64,000 nt of DNA, taken from Octopus sinensis. Lineage: Eukaryota. A program made the position numbers and the translations under genes. The DNA lies in NCBI RefSeq assembly GCF_006345805.1, contig NC_043007.1, forward strand, positions 36,704,001 to 36,768,000, written 5' to 3'. Under the pieces are notes generated by a model. That model made no database searches. It had not been told where the DNA came from and was given only the letters and a program-made list of their open reading frames with translations. Positions 48,151 through 59,582 of the stretch are shown here, in pieces; position 1 is the stretch's first letter; each line of letters opens with the position of its first letter.

Positions 48151-51100
48151 ACTTCCAATCTAAAAAATCAAAATTTTAAAATATAAAAATAATAATTTTA
48201 AATAATTAAAGTATAAATGAAAAAATATAAGTATATAATCCATATATAACCTATATATAATCCATATCGAAAATATAGACAAATTACCACGAATTCCCTA
48301 AAAAAAACCATGATAAAACAAAACTCTTAAAAACATATAACGATAAAAACTCCCTTTGCTAAACTCTAAAACAAACCTATATAGTAATCCCCCTAACCTA
48401 AACATTCACACACAAATACACACACGTAAACCACAGTCCCACAACTTATACACATACCTATACTAACTTATAAACCTCAATATACACCAAAACCCACTCC
48501 CTCCCCACACAGACAAATTAACACATACATCCCAAAACCTAAATAACAAACCCATATACACATTCACACACAAACACACACACACACGCAAAACATGCAC
48601 ACACAACAGATACATATACTCCCTCACATATACGCATATACATACTCACTAAACTCGACATATACAACAATACTTACACACCCACAAAAATCATTAAATA
48701 CATTTATGAGCTTTAACTCACCTTAGCAGCTCTAACAAACAACTTGCAGTAACCCAATCCCATTCACTATGCCTACCTCACTACTACACTATTCCATTCA
48801 CAATTCCAAGCAACGCTAGTCCACCACCCGGTTATTCACGTGGCAAAACGAACACCACTCAAAAATTATGAATGAAACAATGTAAAAAAATAACCAACAT
48901 CGAAAATAGACAAATTACCACGAATTACCTAAAAAAAACCATGATAAACCAAAACTCATAAAAGCATATAACGATAAAATCTCCCTTTGCTAAACCCTAT
49001 AACAAACTTATATAGCAATCCCCATAACCTAAACATTCACACACAAATACACACACGTAAACCACAGACCCAAGACTTATATGTATACAATTATACACAC
49101 TAGAATAATACATAACTAACCCAAATATACAGAACATACTAATAATCACCAACTAACCACCATCACAAATGAAACCCACACCCATACAATGACAAAACTC
49201 CCCCCCATACCCTATTTACACCCTCATAGTAATCCCAATATATTCATCCATACATGGACGCAAGTGCGTGAAGTACATGCACATAATTAGTGCGTACAAC
49301 CCCTAATACACACTAATATATACGTATCTAGCTCGACCTCCACAGCGATACGTTTACACCCACTCACACCCAGATGGGTGAATTGCACAACCAGTGAATG
49401 CTCACACACACGGGCGCGATTACATTGTTGCATATATCGAGCCTAAATAGTATGCATATGTACATGTGAGGGGTACACGCAAATGAAGTGAGCGTGTACC
49501 CCCTGCATTTATACCCGTGCGTGAATATACACATGGAGACTACCACACAGGTACAAATTGTTTAGAAATGGGAGCCCCATCACTACACTTAATGTATACT
49601 CTCACCCATCCGCACGGATGTGTAAGTGTATCTCCGGTGTATATGTTGAGGCTTATATGTAGCGTTGTGGAAGGGAACGTCGTTTAAATGTGAATGAATG
49701 GGTGGAGTTGGGAATTGTAACCAGGTGGTGGACTAGCGTTGCTTGGAATTGTGAATGGATTAGTGTGGTAGTGAGGTATGCATCGAGAATAGTTATGGGT
49801 TACTGTAAGTTGTTTGTTAGAGCTGCTAGGGTGAGCTAAAGCTCATAAATGTATATAATGATTTTCATGGTAGTTTTTAAAGAATCCATTCATAATAAAT
49901 TTTTTTAAGTAGCGTTGGTTTGCTACGTGGATATAGTTTTTAGTTCCATTTATTATATTTCTCCATTCATATTTGAATGACGTTTACTTTCTATGGCGCG
50001 TATTCTTTTTTTTTTTTTTTTTTTTACATAAGTTATTTCTATGGTAACGTAATTTTTGTTTGGTTTTTTAACGGCTAAGAATTTAATTTCACTTCATAAT
50101 ATGTAACTGAATTGTAAGTATGTATTTGATTTATCCTTATGTCATATTGTTATTTTTGATATTCTGGTTAATTACGATGTATTTAATGTTGTTTTCATAG
50201 GAGTGTTTATGTATATGAGATTGGTTGTGAGTTTTTAGTTGTATAATTATTTATTTATCTGTATGAGTGTGGGTGTGTAAATATTGTTGTATATATCGAG
50301 TTTAGTGAGTATGTATATGCGTATATGTGAGGGAGTATATGTATCTGTTGTGTGTGTGTGTTTTGCGTGTGTGTGTGTTTGTGTGTGAATGTGTATTTGG
50401 GTTTGTTATTTAGGTTTTGGGATGTATGTGTTAATTTGTCTGTGTGGGAGGGAGTGGGTTTTGGTGTATTTTGAGGTTTATAAGTTAGTATAGGTTTGTG
50501 TATAAGTCTTGGGTCTGTGGTTTACGTGTGTGTATTTGTGTGTGAATGTTTAGGTTATGGGGATTGCTATATAAGTTTGTTATAGGGTTTAGCAAAGGGA
50601 GATTTTATCGTTATATGCTTTTATGAGTTTTGGTTTATCATGGTTTTTTTTAGGTAATTCGTGGTAATTTGTCTATTTTCGATGTTGGTTATTTTTTTAC
50701 ATTGTTTCATTCATAATTTTTGAGTGGTGTTCGTTTTGCCACGTGAATAACCGGGTGGTGGACTAGCGTTGCTTGGAATTGTGAATGGAATAGTGTAGTA
50801 GTGAGGTAGGCATAGTGAATGGGATTGGGTTACTGCAAGTTGTTTGTTAGAGCTGCTAAGGTGAGTTAAAGCTCATAAATGTATTTAATGATTTTTGTGG
50901 GTGTGTAAGTATTGTTGTATATGTCGAGTTTAGTGAGTATGTATATGCGTATATGTGAGGGAGTATATGTATCTGTTGTGTGTGCGTGTTTTGCGTGTGT
51001 GTGTGTGTTTGTGTGTGAATGTGTATATGGGTTTGTTATTTAGGTTTTGGGATGTATGTGTTAATTTGTCTGTGTGGGGAGGGAGTGGGTTTTGGTGTAT

Positions 51101-51431
51101 ATTGAGGTTTATAAGTTAGTATAGGTATGTGTATAAGTTGTGGGACTGTGGTTTACGTGTGTGTATTTGTGTGTGAATGTTTAGGTTAGGGGGATTACTA
51201 TATAGGTTTGTTTTAGAGTTTAGCAAAGGGAGTTTTTATCGTTATATGTTTTTAAGAGTTTTGTTTTATCATGGTTTTTTTTAGGGAATTCGTGGTAATT
51301 TGTCTATATTTTCGATATGGATTATATATAGGTTATATATGGATTATATACTTATATTTTTTCATTTATACTTTAATTATTTAAAATTATTATTTTTATA
51401 TTTTAAAATTTTGATTTTTTAGATTGGAAGT

Positions 51432-51474
51432 CCACCTGAAGATTGTCGATCAAGACAAGAAACGATTGTAGTGG
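51432..51474 (+). ncRNA. Minimal type I hammerhead ribozyme, apparently intact
   Basis: CCAC-CUGAAGA-UUGUC-GAUCAA-GACAA-GAAA-C-GAUU-G-UA-GUGG: full core, 4-bp stem I, 5-bp stem II, very short stem III, GUA cleavage after 51470. The U10.1-A11.1 pair is atypical. Confidence 0.78.
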
Positions 51475-51561
51475 CGGTTTTTTTGACTATTTATTAAAAT
51501 TTTATGTATTGATTAAGTCTTTCCTTGTTTGTTTTGCAAAATAGTGGTTTTGTCTCTAATA

Positions 51562-51599
<38 letters not shown>

Positions 51600-52246
51600 C
51601 ACAAATATACATACATATATATACACACACACATATATATATATACACACACAAATATACATACATATATATATACACACAAATATACATACATACATAT
51701 ACATATACATATATATGAGGGATTTAGTTCACTGGTGGAATAGGTATGCTGTGTAAGTGCTATAATTGGTCATCTGTTATGTTCCAAGTTCACAGCTGAG
51801 GCTGGAGCTAGGGATCCCTAGTAGGCTTCTGAGTCAGCAGGTATATATTAAAGGAAAAGGAAAACAAAATATATATTCTGTTGTGTCGGGGGAGAGTCAT
51901 TCTCTTTTAACACACTCACCACTGGTTCAGTTCCACTGCATGGCACCTTGGGCAAGTGTCTCCTATTATAGCTTCAGGCCAATGGAAGATTTACAAATAG
52001 ATTTTAGTTTATGTATTTATGTCTTTGTGTCTGTGTTTGTCTCCCACCACCATCGCTTGACAACAGATTTTGGTGTGTTTAGTAAATGAGCCTGACAGAA
52101 TAAGTACTAGGCTTACAAAGAATAAGTCCTGAGGTCAATTTCTTCAACTAAAAAAACCCTTTAAGGCAGTACTCCAGCATGGCCACGGTCAAATGAATGA
52201 AACAAATAAAAGAGTATACATATGTAAATATATATATATATATATG

Positions 52247-52281
<35 letters not shown>

Positions 52282-52340
52282 GAGTGTGTGTATGTGATTG
52301 AAACAAGTAAAAGACTATGTGGATGTATATACATATATAT

Positions 52341-52382
<42 letters not shown>

Positions 52383-52685
52383 TATAGTGGTTAGAGTAGT
52401 GGACTCGCGGTCAGGGGATCGTGGCTTCGAATCTCAGTCTGGGCGATGTGTGTATTTATGCACGTAACACCTAAGCTCCACACGGCTTTGGCAGAAGGTA
52501 ATGGTAAACTTCTGCTGACTCTTTTGCTACAGCTTTCTCTCATTCTTTCCTCCTGCATCTTGCAGCTCACCTGTGATGGACTGGTGTCCTGTCCAGGTGG
52601 GGAACCTATATGCCAAGGAATCCGGGAAACCGGCCCTTTGAGCCAGGCGTGGCTTGAGAAGGAACAAACATATATATATATATAT

Positions 52686-52781
52686 ATAGGCAAGGAAAAA
52701 TTATAAAAAGGCAGAATGCTAAATTGAAGGTAATTTTAATGAATTTAGCATTCTGCCTTTTTATAATTTTTCCTTGCCTAT
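52686..52781. mobile_element. Perfect-armed 96-bp palindromic element beside (TA)n
   Basis: ataggcaaggaaaaattataaaaaggcagaatgctaaatt and its reverse complement around a 16-nt loop. Confidence 0.8.
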
Positions 52782-52859
52782 CATTTCTCCATGTGCGGTC
52801 AACACAACCCCACCATTTATTGATTTATATATATATATATATATATATATACATACATA

Positions 52860-53460
52860 TATATCATCATCATCAACATTTAACGTCTGTTGTCCATACT
52901 GGCATGGGTTGGACAGTTTGACCAGGACTGGCAAGCTTAGGTGCTGCACAAGACTCCAGTCTGATTTGGCATGGTTTCTATGGCTGGATGCCCTTCCTAA
53001 CACCAACCACTCCAAGAGTGCAACAGGTGCTTTTATGTGCCATCAGCATGGGCACCAGTTGCACGGCACCAGTGTCTTCCACATCTTCAATTTCACTTGG
53101 CTTGATGGGTCTACTTCTCAAGCACAGCATGTTGCAGAAGGTCTTGGTCATATGTTACAGTCCCTGCGAGATCCAACACTTGAAACTGCTTCTTACGTGT
53201 CACTGACACAGGTGCTAGTTTCACAACACCGTAACTAACACGTGTTAGTTACGTGACACTGGTATCAGACACATTGCCTCCATGAAGCCCAATGTTTGAA
53301 AGGTGCTTTTTACACGCCACCAACAAAAGTGGTACTTAAACAACATCAGCGTTGGCCACAATGCCTCTGTGAGGTCCAACACTTGATAGGTGGTTTTTAC
53401 ATGCCACCAGTATGGGTGCCAGTTACATGACACTGGCCACAACTATGATTTCACTTGGTT
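52860..53460 (-). mobile_element. Family C / RTE 3' repeat, long form
   Basis: Reverse complement of the family C tail starting at (CAT)n. Confidence 0.7.
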
Positions 53461-53544
53461 TGAAATTGTATATACAGTATGTATATATAAATATATATAT
53501 ATATATATACACACACATGTGTGTGTGTTTGTATATACTCTTTT

Positions 53545-53930
53545 ACTTGTTTCAGTTATTTGACTGTGGCTATGCTGGAGTACCGCGTTTAGTTGAGCAA
53601 ATCTACCCCAGGACTTATTCTTTGCAAGCCAAGTACTTATTCTATCGGTCTCTTTTTGCCGAACCGCTAAGTTACAGGGACGCCAACACACCAGCATCGG
53701 TTGTCAAGCGATATTGGGAGACTAACACAGACACACAAACATACACACACACACACACAAACATATGACGGGCTTCTTTCAGTTTCCGTCTACCAAATCC
53801 ACTTACAAGGCTTTGGTCGGCCCGAAGCTATAGTAGAAGACACTTGCCCAAGGTGTCACGCAGTGGGACTGAACCCGGAACCATGTGGTTGATAAGCAAG
53901 CTACTTACCACACAACCACTCCTACACCTT
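53545..53930 (-). mobile_element. SINE family B
   Basis: Reverse complement of the consensus, well preserved. Confidence 0.85.
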
Positions 53931-55436
53931 ATGTGCATGTAAAATAATAACATTTAATTTTACAGTCATTGAAGTATTCGTGGTGGTTTAATTTGTCAAC
54001 AATCCAAAAGCCCTCTTTTATTCTACTTTCAAGTACCATTTCATTAATGGTACTTAACAACTCTTCAATTTTGCCCAGATTTTAATTCACTATTTTGCTA
54101 CAACTCATAATGAATTTAAAACTATATAAACATCCTGTATTGAATGGATTTAACCAATGAAAGAGTAAAAGAATATTTTATTAAATTGATTGCAAAGTTC
54201 AAAATGGAAAAGAATTTTGATATTATTCTGAAGACAACTATACATCAATATTAAAGAAGGTTTATGGGAAAATGTCGCTGATTTATTTAGTTTTAACTTT
54301 ATAAAGGTTTGCAGTAATATAAACTAAAATGTATGTAATTAAAAAGAAGACCGTACAGTCTTAGAGTTTCCAAATATGATTGATATAATAGTGCTTGACC
54401 CTTTTGGTACTAACCTGTCTGAGACCACACCTGATCCTGTGATACAAAAATTCTGTAAAAACCTTTTAGCATTTAAACTGGCTATGTCTGGCTAAAATAT
54501 TCTATCTGGTCATGTTCAAACTAGCCAGATCTGGTCTCTCACACCCACCCTACAATTTCATTCAAAAAGCCTGTGATCAAATCGTCAAAATTTTGAAGCT
54601 AATCTTGAGATAATACATGATTAATTCCAGACAATGTGAATAAATAAGCTTTACATTTGAAGGAGTAATCTGTATGCTAAAAAGTTAAAGTGATCTAAAG
54701 TGAAACGTTCAATCAAAATTTTACATAAATTTATGTTCCAAACACCTTATCAATAACGATGAAGTTATTTTACTGAATTCTTCATTATTTTCAAAATTAA
54801 CAGCAACAAAGGCAGTGTATAAGAAATGCCCACCATTCCTTTCAAACATTGCATTTGTGACCTGGACATCAATATTTTGAAACTGATGTATTTTCCATTA
54901 CATTTCAGACAGATTTAGCACTAGGTTGCTGAAGCAGAAATATTGTTATAGCAAATATTCTACTGAATACCACAGATCTGCATGCCAGTCACTTGACCGT
55001 AACCACTTGAGCATGTCCCTTAGTGTCTGACAATATGTGCATCTCCAATCACAAGCTGGTGTACTGGGGGTTGCATCATAGCCATCTGGGGAGAGGGATT
55101 CTTTGGGGCTTGATTCTTTCACCACAACTTTCTCTCACTCTTTCTTCCTACTTCTGCCACAAAGCAGAGGAACCATGGTGTAACCCACAATGGTGTGGTA
55201 AACTTTCAGACCCTAGTCTGGATTGCGAATCCTCTGTACTCCAGGATGGTTCAGCTCTCCACCCGTTAAAAGCCACCGTTTATGGAATAAGGATAACAAC
55301 GTAGCTTTCGTGCCTGTGCAACTGCCAGTCTATCGCGTGTGGTGGGTGGATCTTCGAGTTGCCACACGCATTCTTAGTAGCTTAGAGTAGGCTCGAATTA
55401 GAGATTATTCTTTGTGGATAATTGCATGAGTCCTGA

Positions 55437-55560
55437 TTGGAGGAAGAAGAAGAAGAAGAAGAAGGGGAAGGAGAAGAAGGAGAAGAAGGAGGAGAAGGAG
55501 AAGAAGGAGGAGGAGAAGAAGAAGACAGCAATATTGACAATGATGATGATGATGATGTGG
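55437..55560. repeat. (GAA/GAG/GAT)n purine tract
   Basis: Directly visible; a similar tract is at 46520-46625. Confidence 0.9.
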
Positions 55561-55606
55561 ATAAGAATAATAATAGAGATACAGATGCTGTATTTTGTTT
55601 ACTTAC

Positions 55607-55694
55607 CTTCCTTTGGGGGATCAAGGTTCAGCAAAGAACTGACATCTGCTCCTTCTTTCTGCAATGTTTCCCACTCAGCCCATGTTTTGGCCAT
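55607..55694 (-). CDS. Candidate first coding exon: MAKTWAEWETLQKEGADVSSLLNLDPPKE (ends in phase 1)
   Basis: Exon 55607-55712 has a ctttgcag acceptor, an in-frame TAA just before ATCATGG, and a perfect AAG|GTAAGT donor. The peptide is protein-like but not recognised. Confidence 0.5.
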
Positions 55695-56338
55695 GATTTA
55701 AAGACAAATGTGCTGCAAAGGAGTATTTTTTTTTTTTTAAAAAAAGAAAGAAAAAAATCAATAGAAAAAAGATAATTTCTGATAAAAATATTCTTTCTTG
55801 TTAGGTGAAAAAAAAAAAAAAAAATTAAAAGATGATGAGTGGTGATATGGTATAAAACTCATTCACTCCATGTCAGCTTGGATATATAAATGAGAAATGA
55901 TGATGAGGATACCAATGGTGGTGGTGGTGGTCGTGGCAGTGATGATGAGGATAATGGTAATGATGTTGGTGATGGCAAAGAATGATGATAATGACAATGA
56001 TGGCGGGAAGGGTGGCGAACTGGTAGAATCGGTAGTATGCCGGGCGAAATGCTCAGCGGTATTTTGTTTGCCATTACGTTCTAAGTTCAAATTTCGCCGA
56101 GGTCGACTTTGCCTTTCATCCTTTTGGGGGTCGATAAATTAAGTACCAGTTAGGCACTGGGGTCGATGTAATCGACTTAATCCCCTTGTCCTCTCTATGT
56201 TTAGCCCCTTGTGGGCAATAAAGAAATAACAATGATGGTAGTGGTTGTGATGATTCAAAATGTCAATTTGGTTGAGGATTTCTTAAGCATTTGTTTTTCT
56301 TTTATTCTTACCCACATACCTATAAAATAGAGTTTTAC

Positions 56339-56404
56339 CTGATTTTACTCTGGGCTTTCCTGTTACCATCCAAAACAGATACTCTCGAACCAATGAGGAA
56401 ACCT
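56339..56404 (-). other. Candidate 5'-UTR exon of the minus-strand gene
   Basis: ccttttttcttttttaag acceptor and CAG|GTAAAA donor, 0.6 kb upstream of the ATG exon. Confidence 0.35.
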
Positions 56405-57586
56405 CTTAAAAAAGAAAAAAGGATGAACACACTGGATGATATAATCCTAGTTGTTGTGTTTTTGTGACTCCCTTCGGTCATGAATGACCATGGGATTGCA
56501 CCTAGAAAGTTACCCTCTGAGGCACAAGTCTGGGCAAGGTTGTTTACGGAAGACCAGCAATTGCCCATACATACCAGCCTCCCCTCTTCACACCACCGAT
56601 GTTATCCAAGGGAAAGGCAAAGGCCGATACAGCTTGGCATCAGTGACATTGCAGCTCATTTATTAACGTGCAAGTGGCTGAGCACTCCACAGACACGTGT
56701 ACTCTTAACGTAGTTCTCGGGGAGATCCAGCGTGACACAGTGTGACAAGGCTGGCCCTTTGAAATACAGATACAACAGAAATAGGAAGAAAGAGTAAGAA
56801 AAGTTGTGGTGAAAGAGTACAGCAGGGTTCACCCCCCCCCCCCCCCTGCTGGAGCCTTGCGGAGCTTTAGGTATTTTTGCTCAATAAACACTCACAATGC
56901 CCGGTCTGGGAATCGAAACCACGATCCTACGACCACAAGTCCACTGCCCTAACCACTGGGCCATTGCGCCTCCACCATAGTCCTAGTTACACTAACTGTA
57001 ACCACCCAGTAATTTTACTTTTTTAAATATGGAATAGAATCAGCAGGAATAGCTTTGTTCATTGATTTGCTTGATCATGCTGACCCGGGGCTACATAACA
57101 ACAAGAATATATATTTGTTTAGCCAACAAGGGAGTCTCTACGCAAGTACTTGACTTGCTGGAAATAGCTGTTAAATCTCTCTCATATCACATTCCATTGT
57201 GTCATGTTTGTTTTTGTCACTGTCTTCTATATTCACCCATCATTCTGAGCAGCTTTTTGTTGTTGACGCTACCAAAATGAACAATATTATCATTAAAGGA
57301 ATGAAATTATAATGATTACCAGACGACAACTGATGAGGAAAGAGGTGTCTTGCAGTAGAGGAAATATATGGCTACCTCAGTTGGAGAGGGAGAAAGAAAG
57401 AGAGAGGAGAGAAAATGAATGTGATCCTGGTTGACAGCATGAAAAAGTACACCAGAGCTAAAAATTTGAAAATATTCTGATGATTTTTTCAAAAAAATTC
57501 CAGTGGTTGTAAAGAATTTAACAAGATCTGTTAGCAGAAGAGTGTCAACTGTAAACTGACTTGCTAAAAGCTGCCATGGACTGACA

Positions 57587-57643
57587 ATGGCTGCTGCCTC
57601 AGAATCAATTAATATCAAACATGTGTTGAATAAGTATGAACAG
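57587..57643 (+). CDS. Candidate start exon MAAASESINIKHVLNKYEQ
   Basis: ACAATGG context after an in-frame TGA, and a CAG|GTGTGC donor; weak support only. Confidence 0.2.
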
Positions 57644-58104
57644 GTGTGCAATATGCCATTCCTGTCAAATCTGGAATGTCTCTGATCACATGCCTGCTCA
57701 GAGAATACTGATATAGGAGCTTAAAAAGCCAAAACAACAACAACAGCCGCTGTCACCACCACCATCACCACCACCATCACCACCACATTTTCCTTGAGTA
57801 TTCTTTTACTTGTTTCAGTCATTTGACTGTGGCCATGCTGTAGCATCGCCTTAAAGGACTATTCTTTACCGAGTCTCATTCTGCTCAATGTATCTTTTCT
57901 GCTTTATCTGCTGAAAATCCAAATACTCAACTGAGCAGCAGGACAAGTAATAGTAGTTGTGGTGGTGGAAGTGTTAGATGAGGTAATGGTAGTGGTAGTG
58001 GTGGTAGTAGTAATGGTGACAGATATAGTTATGATGATAGTCGTAGTAGTAGTTATTCCTCAAGTCATCTTTAACTGAGTCTGCCATGATGGTTTCATCA
58101 TCGC

Positions 58105-59582
58105 AATATATATATATCTCTTTTACTTGTTTTAGTCATGTGACTGTGGCCATGCTGGAGTACAGCCTTTAGTCGAGCAAATGGACCCCAGGACTTATTC
58201 TGTGGAAGCCTAGTACTTATTCTATCAGTCTCTTTTGCTGAACTGCTAAGTTACGGGGATGTAAACACACCAGCATCGGTTGTCAAGCGATGTTGGGGGG
58301 TACAAAGACACACAAACATATACACACACATACATATATATATATGTATATATACAACGGGCTTCTTTCAGTTTTCACCTACCAAATCTACTCACAAGGT
58401 GTTGGTCGGCCTGAGGATATAGTAGAAGGCATTTGCCAAAGGTACCACGCACTGGGGATGAACCCGGAATGATGTGGTTGGTAAGCATGCTACTTACCAC
58501 ACAGCCACTCCTGCACCTATATATATATATATATATATATATATTCTTTTACATGTTTCAGTCATTTAGACTGTGGCCATGCTGGAGCACTATTTTAAAG
58601 GGTTTTAGTTGAAGAAATCGACCCAGGACTTTTTCTTTGTAAGCCTAGTACTTATTTTATCAGCTTCTTTTGCTGCGCCTCTAACTTACAGAGACAAACA
58701 AACCAGCATCAGTTGTCAAGCGGTGGTAGGGGGACAAGCACAGATACATGTGCACACACACACATATATATATATGTGCGCCAGCCCACAGTCAAACCCA
58801 TGCTAGCATGGAAAGCGGACGTTAAACAACGACGATGATGATGATATACAACAGGCTTCTTCCAGTTTCCGCCTACCAAATTCACACACAAGGCTTTGGT
58901 TGGCCTGTGGCTGTAGTAGAAGACACTAGCCCAAGGTGTTATGCAGTGGGACTGAACCTGGAACCAGTTGTTGGGAAGCAATCTTCTTACCACACAGCCA
59001 TGCCTGTGCATATATATCTAGGGTCATCACATTGGGGTGTAGATTTAATCCAATAACCACTTTAACACAATATCTGGTCCCTTGGGTGGTAGGCATTCAC
59101 TTGGTACATTATAAAAAAAAAAGGAAAGAAAAAGAAAATCATGAAAAATGCCTTGTAACATACAAAGGGATGTTATTGACTTACTCTCTTTTACTTGTTT
59201 CAGTCATTTGACTGCGGCCATGCTGGAGCACCGCCTTTAGTCAAGCAAATCGACCTCGGGACTTATTCTTTGTAAGCCCAGTACTTATTCTATTGATCTC
59301 TTTTGCCAAACCGCTAAGTGACGGGGATGTAAACACACCAGCATCGGTTGTCAAGCAATGCTAGAGGGACAAACACAGACAAACAAACATATACACATAT
59401 ATATATATACATATATACGACAGGCTTCTTTCAGTTTCCGTCTACCAAATCCACTCACAAGGCTTTGGTCGGCCCGAGGCTATAGCAGAAGACACTTGCC
59501 CAAGATGCCACGCAGTGGGACTGAACCCGATACCATGTGGTTGGTTAGCAAGCTACTTACCACACAGCCACTCCTGCACCTG
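58105..59582 (-). mobile_element. Three consecutive SINE family B copies in the same orientation
   Basis: Copies at ~58105-58520, ~58545-59010 (with a family C fragment inside) and ~59180-59582. Confidence 0.85.

Larger units (their letters stand above)
47928..51571. mobile_element. Non-coding 3.6-kb fold-back element in (TA)n with ~1.07-kb inverted arms; probably Penelope-derived or retrozyme-like
   Basis: 48011-49081 is a near-exact reverse complement of 50502-51571. Internal tandem unit of ~630 bp, C-rich to G-rich skew switch, a hammerhead in each arm, and no ORF longer than ~60 aa wholly inside. Confidence 0.85.

Noticed and set aside
55414-55775. Poly-Glu and poly-Lys ORFs
   Set aside because: Translations of a (GAA/GAG)n tract. 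The credible signal here is the minus-strand exon 55607-55712.
57316-57651. 111-aa minus-strand ORF in unique sequence
   Set aside because: No recognisable domain or coherent splice structure; length is within chance for this window.
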